Source: Spirochaetia bacterium
GTDB lineage: Bacteria; Spirochaetota; Spirochaetia; CADAEX01
Length of the DNA stretch: 64,000 nucleotides
Assembly: GCA_963662795.1 (NCBI GenBank)
Contig: OY759746.1
Span: 1,856,001 to 1,920,000 of the forward strand
Direction: 5' to 3'
This document shows positions 19,911 through 29,414 of this stretch, piece by piece. The first letter of the stretch is position 1. Each line of letters opens with the position of its first letter. The position numbers were made by a program, and so were the translations under genes. The notes beneath the pieces were generated by a model. The model ran no database searches, was not told the origin of the DNA, and saw only the letters and a list, made by a program, of their open reading frames with translations.

Positions 19911-20557
19911 TGAATATACTTGATATTGATGTTGATTTTTTTCAAGATAAAATAATTAGAAATCCAGAATATGAACTAGAAAATATTGCTGATATAAATT
20001 TATGGGAATTATCTGAAATAGAAATCTTCCTAACAAATAGGTGTAATATTATAAAGAGTAAAAATATCTCTTTTTTTAAGGAGCATTTTGAAGTTTATTA
20101 TCAAATAGAAACCATTCATAGAAATATTACTAATAAACGAAATTTAATTATAACTCATATAGATGCCCATAGTGATCTTGGATATGAAAAAGAATTAAAC
20201 ACTACTTACTACCATAATTCTATAAAATCGAGTAATTTTTTATTCTTTGTATTAAAAAACTATCAGGTTATTAAGATGAATATTGTTTTTCCTGAATATT
20301 CTACATTAGATATCCCAGAATACTTATTAGGTCAATTTTATAAATTATCCAATAAGAGAATTAGTAAAATCAAACAGAGAAATATATATCTCAATATCTA
20401 CGACAAGATAATTCCTGTTGATTTATATACCAAAAATACTTTTAACAATAAAACCATATATGACTATGTTTTTATTACGCAATCACCTAAATTCACTTCA
20501 AAAAAATCAGAAGATTTAATTAAATCATTAAGAAAATTATATAGTTTCAAGTGCTGA
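19910..20557 (+). CDS. UPF0489 / arginase-deacetylase-fold protein
   Basis: ILDIDVDFF and HIDAHSDL metal-binding motifs. Confidence 0.6.
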   Translation: MNILDIDVDFFQDKIIRNPEYELENIADINLWELSEIEIFLTNRCNIIKSKNISFFKEHFEVYYQIETIHRNITNKRNLIITHIDAHSDLGYEKELNTTYYHNSIKSSNFLFFVLKNYQVIKMNIVFPEYSTLDIPEYLLGQFYKLSNKRISKIKQRNIYLNIYDKIIPVDLYTKNTFNNKTIYDYVFITQSPKFTSKKSEDLIKSLRKLYSFKC

Positions 20558-20595
20558 CAATATTTTAAAATATTAATGACATTTGATAAAAGAAA

Positions 20596-20840
20596 GTCCA
20601 GCCTTGGCTCCGCCGTGCGGCTTGGACAAGAAGCGGGAACACTGCTTATAACAGCGAATGACCGGTTCCGGCTGTTTCTAAGGAAGCAGCCTCCACCCAA
20701 ATTGCCGAAATAATACATGTTAAGAATAATGGAATAGATTATAAACTTTTGAAGTGAAAAAAACCAACGGCAACTTCGGTCATTCGCGGGACGTTATCCA
20801 CAATGCCCCGCCAAGAGAAGCGCGTGCCGTCCTGGCACGC
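20596..20840 (+). repeat. Composite attC-like site 13
   Basis: AAC ends 20652; GTT at 20793; right hairpin GCGTGCCGTCCTGGCACGC. Confidence 0.85.
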
Positions 20841-20887
20841 AAGAATATAGGAAGCAATTATTCAAAAAGTAAACAAAAGGACTCAAA

Positions 20888-21379
20888 ATGAAAACATTAA
20901 ATGACTATGTAGACGAATATAAGAATCAACTTGAGAAAGGCGATATCCAAATAGCTTATAGATCAATCATGAATTTCATGATGAGTCTAAGGGCATATTT
21001 TGAAAAAAAATATAGTGAATATTATATTTCCGGAAGTATTTATTATGGGTATATGGATATGACATATTTTTCATTCACTCCGGAAGTATTAAAAGAAAAA
21101 AAGTTAAAAATAGCAATTGTTTTTATCCATGAGAGTGTAAGTTTTGAAGTCTGGCTTTCAGGATATAATAAAAGTATTCAGGATAAATACTGGAAGTATT
21201 TTAAAGAAAAGAAATTGAAAAAATACCATGTACCAGAAGATATAAAAGGAAAGGATTCTATAGTTGAATATAAAATAAAAGAAAAAGCTGATTTTAATGA
21301 TTTAAACAAGTTAACAAGTAAAATAGAGAAAGAAATACTTTTATTTATTGAAGATATAACAGCTTATCTTGAAAATTAG
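20888..21379 (+). CDS. Hypothetical protein
   Basis: 163-aa ORF with RBS; GYMDMTYFSF / FEVWLSG; no function recognised. Confidence 0.6.
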   Translation: MKTLNDYVDEYKNQLEKGDIQIAYRSIMNFMMSLRAYFEKKYSEYYISGSIYYGYMDMTYFSFTPEVLKEKKLKIAIVFIHESVSFEVWLSGYNKSIQDKYWKYFKEKKLKKYHVPEDIKGKDSIVEYKIKEKADFNDLNKLTSKIEKEILLFIEDITAYLEN

Positions 21380-21446
21380 AAATGTTTAAAGAAAACTTGA
21401 TTTATAGTATAAACATAGTATATACTATGGATAGAGGTTAATTTAT

Positions 21447-21683
21447 ATGCAAACTGTAATAAAGAAATGGGGAAACAGCCTTGGAATAAGAATCCCAAGC
21501 CTTATAGCTAAAGATTTATCTCTTAAAGAAGGATCTTGTGTTGATATTGAAGATGAGAGAGGGAGAATAGTAATAAAACCCAAGAAAAAGAATGATTTAA
21601 AGGAAATGCTTAAAAATATCAGTGATAATAACCTCCATGGCGAATTTGAAACAGAAAGTCCTGTAGGAAATGAGGCATGGTAA
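21447..21683 (+). CDS. mazE: AbrB/MazE family antitoxin
   Basis: KWGNSLGIRIP; C-terminal PVGNEAW. Confidence 0.9.
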   Translation: MQTVIKKWGNSLGIRIPSLIAKDLSLKEGSCVDIEDERGRIVIKPKKKNDLKEMLKNISDNNLHGEFETESPVGNEAW

Positions 21684-22021
21684 AGAAAGATTATGTACCA
21701 GAAAGGGGTGATATAATCTGGTTAAACTTTACCCCGCAATCAGGACACGAGCAGATGGGAAAAAGACCTGCGATAGTAATATCTCCTAAAGAATATAATG
21801 AAAAGGTAGGTCTTGGAATATTTTGTCCCATAACCAGTAAAGAGAAAGGCTATCCATTTGAGATTAAAATAAAAAGTAAGAAAATAGATGGGGTAGTATT
21901 ATCAGATCAGGTAAAAAGTCTTGACTGGAAGGCTCGGGATGCAGAGTTTATAGTTAAAGCAAGTAAAGAAGAGATAAAAGAAGTAATAGAGAAAATAACT
22001 GTTTTAATACTTGAAGAATAG
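21677..22021 (+). CDS. mazF: MazF endoribonuclease toxin
   Basis: YVPERGDIIWLNFTPQSGHEQMGKRPA; DQVKSLDW. Confidence 0.9.
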   Translation: MVKKDYVPERGDIIWLNFTPQSGHEQMGKRPAIVISPKEYNEKVGLGIFCPITSKEKGYPFEIKIKSKKIDGVVLSDQVKSLDWKARDAEFIVKASKEEIKEVIEKITVLILEE

Positions 22022-22030
22022 GAAAAGGAG

Positions 22031-22296
22031 AATCAAGCTGCCGTCCATGGCAGCTTGATTAAGGCGGGGCACTGGTGGATAACAGAGGATAATGCGCTTC
22101 GCTCCCTTTGGTCGCTTGGGCTTCGCCACACATCGTAGGGTTTGAACTACAACTTTTAGAATCAACAGGGTTTGGAAGAGAAATACTACAGCTTTTAGAT
22201 ATACATGCATATTCTGCGATGCGTCGCTTATCCTCGAGACGTTATATGCAATACGACCCCAAGAGGACATCGCCCGGACCTCCGGCCCACGGGCGA
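22031..22296 (+). repeat. Composite attC-like site 14
   Basis: Left hairpin AATCAAGCTGCC-GTCCAT-GGCAGCTTGATT; AAC ends 22083; GTT at 22241. Confidence 0.85.
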
Positions 22297-22309
22297 AGAA
22301 AATGGTATC

Positions 22310-22376
22310 TGCTGTATAATATACTTTTACTTTATACATAAGATATATAGTTTTCTAGTTATTTAATATGTTATGT
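22310..22376 (+). promoter_or_regulatory. Cassette-internal TATAAT box plus attI-like insertion site (copy 1)
   Basis: CTGTATAAT ... TAGTTTTCTAGTTATTTAATATG|TT, crossover G22370; motif recurs at 31759, 35919, 61628. Confidence 0.7.
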
Positions 22377-22390
22377 GTATATAGGGTAAA

Positions 22391-24331
22391 ATGAAAAGAA
22401 AATTTACATTAGATGATATGAAATTACTCGCTAAAAAGCATGGAGGAGAATGCCTTTCAAAAGAATATAAAAATAAGAAAACTAAGTTGACCTGGAAGTG
22501 TGGAAAAGGACACATATGGGAAGCTGCTCCAAATTCTTTGTTATATACGGATACGTGGTGCCCAGTCTGTGGAAGGGAGAAAAGTATTGAGGGTAGACGT
22601 TTAGGGATAGAAAAAGTAAGAGATATTGGTAAAAAGAGAGGATTTATTCTAATAACAAAATTGTATATAAACTCTGAGCAAAAACTTGACTGGCAATGTA
22701 TAAATGGCCATATTTTTAAAGCTAATATAACCACAATAAAAAATGGAAAGTATCCTTGTCCAGATTGTAGAAAAGAACAAAGAACAGCTCATAATAAGAA
22801 GAAAATAGATTATTTCTATAAATATGTAAAAAACCGTAATGGTAAATTAGTTAAGGTAATAAGTGATAATGAATTTCTTTTTGAATGTGATCAAGGACAT
22901 CAATGGATTGGAACTAGAACAAGTGTAATTTCTGGTAGCTGGTGTGTAAAATGTTCATATAAAAAAAGAGGTATAGAGAAAAGAAATAAAATAGATGAAT
23001 ATCAGCTTATAGCAAAGGAACGTGGTGGTAAACTTTTATCAACGGAATATAAAAGAATATCAGATAAATTAAAATGGGAATGCAAACAGGGGCATGTTTG
23101 GGAAGCTTCGGCAGGAAGTGTTAAAGCAGGGAGTTGGTGTCCTCAGTGTTCGTCAGGTTTAGGTGAAAGAATATGTAGATTATATTTTAATAAAATATTT
23201 AGTGAAAAATTTATAAGGGCATATCCTGAATGGTTTAGAAATGAACGTGGGAATTTGATGGAGCTTGATGGATATTCAAAGAAATTGAGTATAGCTTTTG
23301 AACATCAGGGTGAGCAACATTATTCTTTAAAGACAAGATATATTAATGATAAAGAAAATTTAAAAAAAAGGATTATGGATGATGAATTAAAAGCTGAGCT
23401 TTGTAATAAACATAATGTTGCTTTATTCATAATACCATCGATAAATCATATAATCCAAATCTCTGAAATGATTGGGGTTATAAAAGATGAAGCTAAAAGA
23501 TTGAATATACAATTACCAAGTAATATTGATGATATAGAAGTTGATATTAATTCAGCATATAAAGTAGATTTCCATCGTGAAAAATATATGGAGTTAAAGG
23601 AAATTGCGCATAAAAAAGGTGGAGAAATCATATCTGAAATTTATGAAAGCGATAGAAAGAAATTAAAATTTAAATGTAAAGAAGGTCATATCTGGGAAAC
23701 AATTCCAAAAGATGTTTTTAGAGGGCATTGGTGCAGGAAATGTGCTGCAAAAGAAAGAGCAGAAAAACAAAGAATTACAATTTCTGAAATTAATGACTTG
23801 GTAAAGAATAAAGGTAGATGTCTTTCTGAAGAATATCTTGGATATGATGAGCCTTTATTATTTATTTGTAATGAAGGACATAAATTTAAATTAACTCCAA
23901 AAGCCATTAAAAGAAGAACTTGGTGCCCTGAATGTATGAAAATTGATAAAAGTAAATTATCAAAGCCTAAATTTAAAGAATATAATGAAATTGCAAAAGC
24001 AAGAGGTGGAAAATTACTTTCAAAAGATTATATCAATGATAAGAAGGATTTATTATGGGAATGTTCAAAAGGGCATACATGGCAGGCAAATGGTTACAAT
24101 ATAAAAAATAGTAAAACATGGTGTCCTATATGTGCAAAAAATCAACCCTTTACAATTGAATATATAAAAGAATATATATCTAAATATGAAGGTGAGTGTT
24201 TAAGTACAGAATATAAAAATTATAGAACAGTTTTGAAATTTAGATGTAAAAATGGTCATGTTTTTGAAAATAGCTTTATTAATATAAAACGTGGTGTCTG
24301 GTGTCCTAAATGTAAAGAAAATAACACATAA
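22391..24331 (+). CDS. Zinc-ribbon repeat protein with central PD-(D/E)xK-like nuclease
   Basis: 8 CxxGHx(W/F)...CxxC repeats (4+4) around ELDGY..AFEHQGEQHY. Confidence 0.7.
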   Translation: MKRKFTLDDMKLLAKKHGGECLSKEYKNKKTKLTWKCGKGHIWEAAPNSLLYTDTWCPVCGREKSIEGRRLGIEKVRDIGKKRGFILITKLYINSEQKLDWQCINGHIFKANITTIKNGKYPCPDCRKEQRTAHNKKKIDYFYKYVKNRNGKLVKVISDNEFLFECDQGHQWIGTRTSVISGSWCVKCSYKKRGIEKRNKIDEYQLIAKERGGKLLSTEYKRISDKLKWECKQGHVWEASAGSVKAGSWCPQCSSGLGERICRLYFNKIFSEKFIRAYPEWFRNERGNLMELDGYSKKLSIAFEHQGEQHYSLKTRYINDKENLKKRIMDDELKAELCNKHNVALFIIPSINHIIQISEMIGVIKDEAKRLNIQLPSNIDDIEVDINSAYKVDFHREKYMELKEIAHKKGGEIISEIYESDRKKLKFKCKEGHIWETIPKDVFRGHWCRKCAAKERAEKQRITISEINDLVKNKGRCLSEEYLGYDEPLLFICNEGHKFKLTPKAIKRRTWCPECMKIDKSKLSKPKFKEYNEIAKARGGKLLSKDYINDKKDLLWECSKGHTWQANGYNIKNSKTWCPICAKNQPFTIEYIKEYISKYEGECLSTEYKNYRTVLKFRCKNGHVFENSFINIKRGVWCPKCKENNT

Positions 24332-24473
24332 CAAAAAAAATGCAGTTGTCGCCGTCTATTGTCACGATTCTGGCAGAGACGTTCCGCGCTGATCGCGCTC
24401 CACTCCAGAATCGCGCCAATTCCTTCAGCCTACGGCTTCAGGATCGAGGGCGCAACTGATTTTGTCGTTATAC
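24326..24473 (+). repeat. Canonical (foreign-type) attC nested in wrapper cassette
   Basis: ACATAAC overlaps the stop codon and complements cassette start GTTATGTG (22370); CAGTTG/CAACTG stem; ends G|TTATAC. Confidence 0.8.
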
Positions 24474-24497
24474 TGGAATATTTAGAAAAGAGGAAAA

Positions 24498-24769
24498 GTC
24501 CGGCCTTGGCGGTGCCGTGCGGCCTGGACAAGAAGGGGTCGTACTGCATATAACAGAGGATAATTCGCTTCGCTCGGATTACCTCGCTTGGCCTTCGGCA
24601 TATTTTGCTATCATCAAACTTGAACAGTAAAAGTTGAACCCTTTTCAAGATTAACAAAGTAGACATAAATGTTTTAGAGTTTTAACCGCAAAACATCGCT
24701 TATCCTCGGGACGTTATGCTCAATACCAGCCGCAAGAGGAAATCGCCCGGACCTCCGGCCAACGGGCGA
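24498..24769 (+). repeat. Composite attC-like site 15
   Basis: AAC ends 24554; GTT at 24713. Confidence 0.85.
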
Positions 24770-24840
24770 GAGAGAAGAAGAAACAATAAGTATAGATTAA
24801 ACTGTAAAAGATAAGAAATGCTTATGGAAAGTGAAAGAAC

Positions 24841-24869
24841 TTGACAATAATATGTAATAACAATATAAT
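24841..24869 (+). promoter_or_regulatory. sigma70 promoter of TA operon
   Basis: TTGACA-17 bp-TATAAT, same as 7529-7557. Confidence 0.8.
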
Positions 24870-24887
24870 TACAGCAAGAGGTAAAGA

Positions 24888-25136
24888 ATGATAGTTTCTG
24901 TTGTTCCAATTGGAAATTCGAAAGGAATACGTCTTCCAAAAGCATTATTAAATCAACTAAAAATATCAGATAAACTGGATTTAGAAGTAGAAGATCAGAA
25001 AATAATACTTAAACCTGTATCTGATAATCCAAGAGCAGGATGGAATTTGGCTTTTAAAGATATGCATGAAAAAAATGAAGATCAATTATTGATAAATGAA
25101 AGTATTGATTCTAAGGATTTCAAATGGGAATGGTAA
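24888..25136 (+). CDS. mazE: AbrB/MazE family antitoxin (near-duplicate of 7576-7824)
   Basis: Protein differs from copy 1 at one residue. Confidence 0.85.
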   Translation: MIVSVVPIGNSKGIRLPKALLNQLKISDKLDLEVEDQKIILKPVSDNPRAGWNLAFKDMHEKNEDQLLINESIDSKDFKWEW

Positions 25137-25453
25137 TAAATCAGTATGAAGTCTATCTGGTTGAGCTTGATCCAACAAAGGGACATGAAATACAAAAAAC
25201 GAGACCTTGTTTAATTATTTCCCCTGATGAAATGAATCATAATATAAGTACTGTCATTATTGCTCCAATGACAACAAAATCACATAATTATCCAACACGG
25301 ATAGAATTAAAGTTTTTAGGAAAAAAGGGATGGATAGTATTAGACCAAATAAGAACGATAGACAAACAAAGATTAATAAAAAAAATTGGTAAAATTGAAA
25401 TTAATGAAGTAAGAAAAGTAAAAGAAACTATTAAAGAAATGTTGGTTGATTAA
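25124..25453 (+). CDS. mazF: PemK/MazF family toxin (near-duplicate of 7812-8141)
   Basis: Same motifs; a few C-terminal substitutions. Confidence 0.9.
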   Translation: MGMVINQYEVYLVELDPTKGHEIQKTRPCLIISPDEMNHNISTVIIAPMTTKSHNYPTRIELKFLGKKGWIVLDQIRTIDKQRLIKKIGKIEINEVRKVKETIKEMLVD

Positions 25454-25507
25454 TAAGTCAAATTACATATAGAAAAGAGATTAAATATTTTAAAAATAAA
25501 GAAAAGC

Positions 25508-25690
25508 AGTCGTACAACTTGGAGAAGAAGTAAGGCAATTGTGGATAATTGCGATTAGTTCACAGCATTCCCTGTGGTCGCTTAGATTTAGCTAAACATC
25601 ATAATTAAAAATATTAAGCAAATTTAAAAATACCCCCATGATTTGCAATTTTTCAATTCTCAACAAACGCTAAGCGGTAATCTGCCATAT
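25508..25690 (+). repeat. Degenerate composite attC remnant
   Basis: GGCAATTGTGGATAATTGCGATTAGTTC..TCCCTGTGGTCGCTT resembles native GGCACTGGTGGATAACAGCGATTATTTC..TCCCTGTGGTCGCTT; no intact AAC/GTT. Confidence 0.55.
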
Positions 25691-25691
25691 T

Positions 25692-26575
25692 TTATGAGGC
25701 AAGTGGTAATTCTAATTGTTTCATGACGCTTATTTTGGGAATATCAACTTCGATTGAATCAATTGGACTTTTAATATTCAAAAGATCAAACCTTTGTGCA
25801 TGCAAGTATATCATTGTAGAGTTTATTGAAGAGTGCCCTAAGAGTCGCATAATATAAAATATATTTACATTATGCTCTAATAGATGTGTTGCAAAACTAT
25901 GCCTTAATGTGTGAACATGTGCAGATTTATTTATATTTGTTTTACTAAAATATTTCTGAAAAACCTCCTGAACACGCCTTATTTTCATAGGTATAGCTTT
26001 ATTTCGAAGATTAAAAAATAAATAATTAATAGGAACATAATTCTTTATATATTCTTTTAATAATTTAATTGTATTGTCACCAATTATCGCATATCTTTCT
26101 TTTCTATTTTTTGATTCTGACACAAAAATAAGTTTTCTGTTAAAATCTATATCAGATATTTTAATGTTTAAGCCTTCTGATATACGAAGCCCTGAAGAAT
26201 ATAGTAATGTGAACAAAGTTTTATATCTAAAATCATAACAGTTGTCTAAAAACAGTTTTACTTCTTCTTTTGTCAGAATAGTTGGAACTTTAAAACTTTT
26301 TTTGGTCTTGGGATGGAAATAATATATTCTCTCATATTGTGAAGAGAAAAGAAAAATAAAAGAGCATGATAATAACAATGAATTATGGAGGGACTATTAC
26401 CTGAATCATATAAATAAAAGAAAAATCGTCTTAATTCCTGTTTTGTTATATCTGTGGGTTTTTTATTGAAAAATAAAGCAAGTTTATTAACATAAAAGAC
26501 ATATTGATTTATAGTTCTTTGGCTATATCCTTGTAAAGTCATTTCTTCAATCATGTGTTCACGTAAATATCCCAT
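25692..26575 (-). pseudogene. Tyrosine recombinase/integrase (SAM-like N-terminus + catalytic domain), split by one frameshift
   Basis: ORFs 26273-26575 and 25692-26378 join at an A7 run (26297-26303); catalytic R (SGLRISE), K, HxxR (HTLRH), H (LLGH), Y (TMIY) intact; ~294 aa if restored. Confidence 0.8.
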
Positions 26576-26911
26576 AATTATCTCCTATAAAAAATAAGTA
26601 TTTCAGTATGGAAAATATTTGAAAATGTTTAAAGCTATTATTTTATACTTTTAGAATTATATAATAAAAAATGTAAAGCAAGATAGATAATAACCGCTTA
26701 AAACAGCACCTCAAGCTGGGGAAGTTAAAATTAAAAAAGATACTGTAAATATATTGCTTTAGAAGAATTTATTAAATGAAGGGACATAGAAAATATTTTT
26801 GTGATCAAAAAAATAAGAGATTCCAGTAGATGGTTTTAGAAAGAAAAAATATTTTTAACAACATCTGAAATAACAGAAATTGATTATGTCATTTTAAAGA
26901 ATAAGAATTGA

Positions 26912-27183
26912 GTCCGGCCTTGGCGGTGCCGTGCGGCCTGGACAAGAAGCGGCTGGTACTGGAGCATAACAGAGGATAATTCGCTGCGCTCGGAGTACCT
27001 CGCTTGGCCTGCGGCATATTTTGCTATCATCAAAACAGTTCAAATTATGTTTATACTCTATTTAAATATATTTCTTAAGACTATTCGTTGAAAAAGGTTT
27101 TAGCAAAACATCGCTTATCCTCGGGACGTTATAAGCAATGTTCCCGCAAGAGAAAATCGCCCGGACCTCCGGCCGACGGGCGA
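26912..27183 (+). repeat. Composite attC-like site 16
   Basis: AAC ends 26970; GTT at 27128. Confidence 0.85.
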
Positions 27184-27327
27184 GGAATAATGATAAAAAT
27201 TCTATATTATGAATATCTTCTGCATATATGAAGGTTTTTAATGAAAGTAAATTGTCAATACCAGAGAATACAGAATATAAAAACCAAATATTTATTGTAG
27301 ATTATAAAAATGATTTGATATATCTGC

Positions 27328-27356
27328 TTGACAGATATATCTGTATGGCATATATT
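27328..27356 (+). promoter_or_regulatory. higBA promoter with palindromic operator
   Basis: TTGACA-17 bp-TATATT overlapping palindrome ACAGATATATCTGT. Confidence 0.7.
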
Positions 27357-27362
27357 ATTTGT

Positions 27363-27644
27363 ATGATTCGATCTTTTGGGGATGAGGAGACAGAAAAGAT
27401 TTTTAGGCAAGAAAAATCAAAGAAATTGCCTCCAGAGATACAAAAGAGAGCTTTAATAAAATTATTGCTCCTTGAAGCTGCAACAACAGAAGATGATTTA
27501 AAGGTTCCACCATCGAATCGTTTTGAACATCTAAAGGGTAAATTAAAAGAATATTGTTCAGTGAGAATCAATAATCAGTGGCGTGTACAATTCAAAATGA
27601 AAAATGGGGAATTATATGATGTTTCAATTGTGGATTATCACTGA
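27363..27644 (+). CDS. higB: HigB (RelE-like) toxin
   Basis: MIRSFGDEETEKIF..PPSNRFEHLKG..SVRINNQWR..VDYH; start reassigned downstream of the promoter. Confidence 0.9.
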   Translation: MIRSFGDEETEKIFRQEKSKKLPPEIQKRALIKLLLLEAATTEDDLKVPPSNRFEHLKGKLKEYCSVRINNQWRVQFKMKNGELYDVSIVDYH

Positions 27645-27657
27645 GAGGAAGGATTAA

Positions 27658-27960
27658 ATGAGAAAAGATACTATCGAAACACCAAAAATTGGAGATATTC
27701 TAAAAGAAGAATTTCTCGAACCATTAGATATTTCTGCATACCGGCTTGCAAAAGAAATAAATGTTTCAACAAGTTCTATACTGGATATACTACATAATAA
27801 ACGGAAGATATCTGTGGAAATGGCATTAAGATTAGCTAAGTATTTTGGTACATCATCAAAATTTTGGTTAAATTTGCAAAACGAATTAGATCTTAGAGAA
27901 ACAAAACACAAAATAGAAAAGGAATTAGAAAAAATCACATTACATGCACATATTGCATAA
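27658..27960 (+). CDS. higA: HigA antitoxin (XRE HTH)
   Basis: GDILKEEFLEPL..MALRLAKYFGTSSKFWLNLQ. Confidence 0.9.
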   Translation: MRKDTIETPKIGDILKEEFLEPLDISAYRLAKEINVSTSSILDILHNKRKISVEMALRLAKYFGTSSKFWLNLQNELDLRETKHKIEKELEKITLHAHIA

Positions 27961-28020
27961 ATCAAATACACCTTATAAAAATAGCTTTATCTGATAGGTT
28001 TGTAATTACTTTATAATAAA

Positions 28021-28292
28021 GTCCGGCCTTGGCTTCCAGCCGTACGGCCTGGACAAGAAGCGGGAACACTGCTTATAACAGAGGATACTGCGCTACGCTC
28101 GGAGGACCTCGCTTGGCCTGCGGCATATTTTGCATTTTGATAATCAACACAATTAAGAATATCTTGTTTTCAGTATTGATAACCACAAAATATTAAATCT
28201 TTTAGTATTTTGCAAAACATCGCGTATCCTCAGGACGTTATAAGCAATGTTCCCGCAAGAGGAAATCGCCCGGACCTCCGGCCGACGGGCGA
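28021..28292 (+). repeat. Composite attC-like site 17
   Basis: AAC ends 28079; GTT at 28237. Confidence 0.85.
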
Positions 28293-28438
28293 AGATATAT
28301 GAATCAGAATATCTCTTTGAGAAAGACTCAGAAGTTAATTCAATAACAAAGGTAAAAATATTTACATAAGTATACAGTTTTTAAAAATAATTCAGAAAAA
28401 GCTTGTTAAATACGATATATTATCGTATATTTCATCTT

Positions 28439-28648
28439 ATGAAAGTAACTGCAATAATCGCTGATGAACTAATAAATGAAGTTAAACACTATTCAAATAG
28501 TACCACAACAACAGAGGCCATAACTATAGCCTTGAGAGATTGGCTTGATATTCATCATATTAAAGAATTAAATGCGCAAATATCAAAAACCCCTATTACT
28601 TTTAATTATTCTGCAAAAAAGATAAGAGAAGTAAATAGAAAATCATGA
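28439..28648 (+). CDS. vapB: VapB-like ribbon-helix-helix antitoxin
   Basis: MKVTAIIADELINEV..TTTEAITIAL; ATGA overlap with PIN toxin. Confidence 0.7.
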   Translation: MKVTAIIADELINEVKHYSNSTTTTEAITIALRDWLDIHHIKELNAQISKTPITFNYSAKKIREVNRKS

Positions 28649-29019
28649 TAATTCTTGATACTTCTGTTTGGATAGAGTTTTTAAAAGCAAATACGGAATA
28701 TTACAATCAAATTGCACAATTATTAGAAAAAAAGGAAGTACTTGCGGTAGAATGTGTATTTGGAGAATTATTTCAGGGAATAAAGAGTGAAAGAGAAAAA
28801 TCTTTAATATCAGAATACTGGAAATACCTTCCTAAAATTGACAGTTCAGGATTATTTATAGAGGCAGGAATATATTCGAATAAAAACAAATTATTGGATA
28901 AAGGAGTGGGTCTTATTGATTCATTAATTTTGGTACATGCATTGAAATTAAAAATATCAATATGGACTCTCGATAAAAAATTACTAAAAATAATACCAAA
29001 AGAACTTATTTATAAATAA
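28645..29019 (+). CDS. vapC: VapC PIN-domain toxin
   Basis: ILDTSVWIEF, GEL, DSLI, WTLDK. Confidence 0.85.
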   Translation: MIILDTSVWIEFLKANTEYYNQIAQLLEKKEVLAVECVFGELFQGIKSEREKSLISEYWKYLPKIDSSGLFIEAGIYSNKNKLLDKGVGLIDSLILVHALKLKISIWTLDKKLLKIIPKELIYK

Positions 29020-29058
29020 TTAATTACAAATAAAAATATAACAAAAAAAACAATATTA

Positions 29059-29345
29059 GTCCGGCCTTGGCTCCGCCGTACGGCCAGGACAAGAAGCGGG
29101 AACACTGCTTATAACAGCGGATGACCAGTTCCGGCTGGTGGAAAGTAAAATATAAGGGAAAGACCAGCCTTCACCCAAATTGCCTATTTTGGAAATCCTT
29201 TTGAATAATATAAAATATTAGGGAAGAGTTTAAACAGTTGTTGTACAATTCAATTGAATAATCCGGCAACTTCGGTCATCCGCGGGACGTTAGCAGCAAT
29301 ACGTCCCCAAGAAGACAATCGCCCGGACCTCCGGCCAACGGGCGA
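29059..29345 (+). repeat. Composite attC-like site 18
   Basis: AAC ends 29115; GTT at 29289. Confidence 0.85.
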
Positions 29346-29414
29346 GGATAGGTGGTAATAATATTTTTTCAAAAACAGTTGAAATTAAAAATATGAGAAA
29401 TAACTGATAAAATT

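Noticed and set aside
26740-26760. LexA box upstream of the integrase (TACTGTAAATATATTGC)
   Set aside because: Only the CTGT half-site is present, with no ACAG half; the host LexA motif is unknown
27228-27362. N-terminal extension of higB
   Set aside because: Contains the promoter/operator; HigB homology starts at MIRSF (27363)
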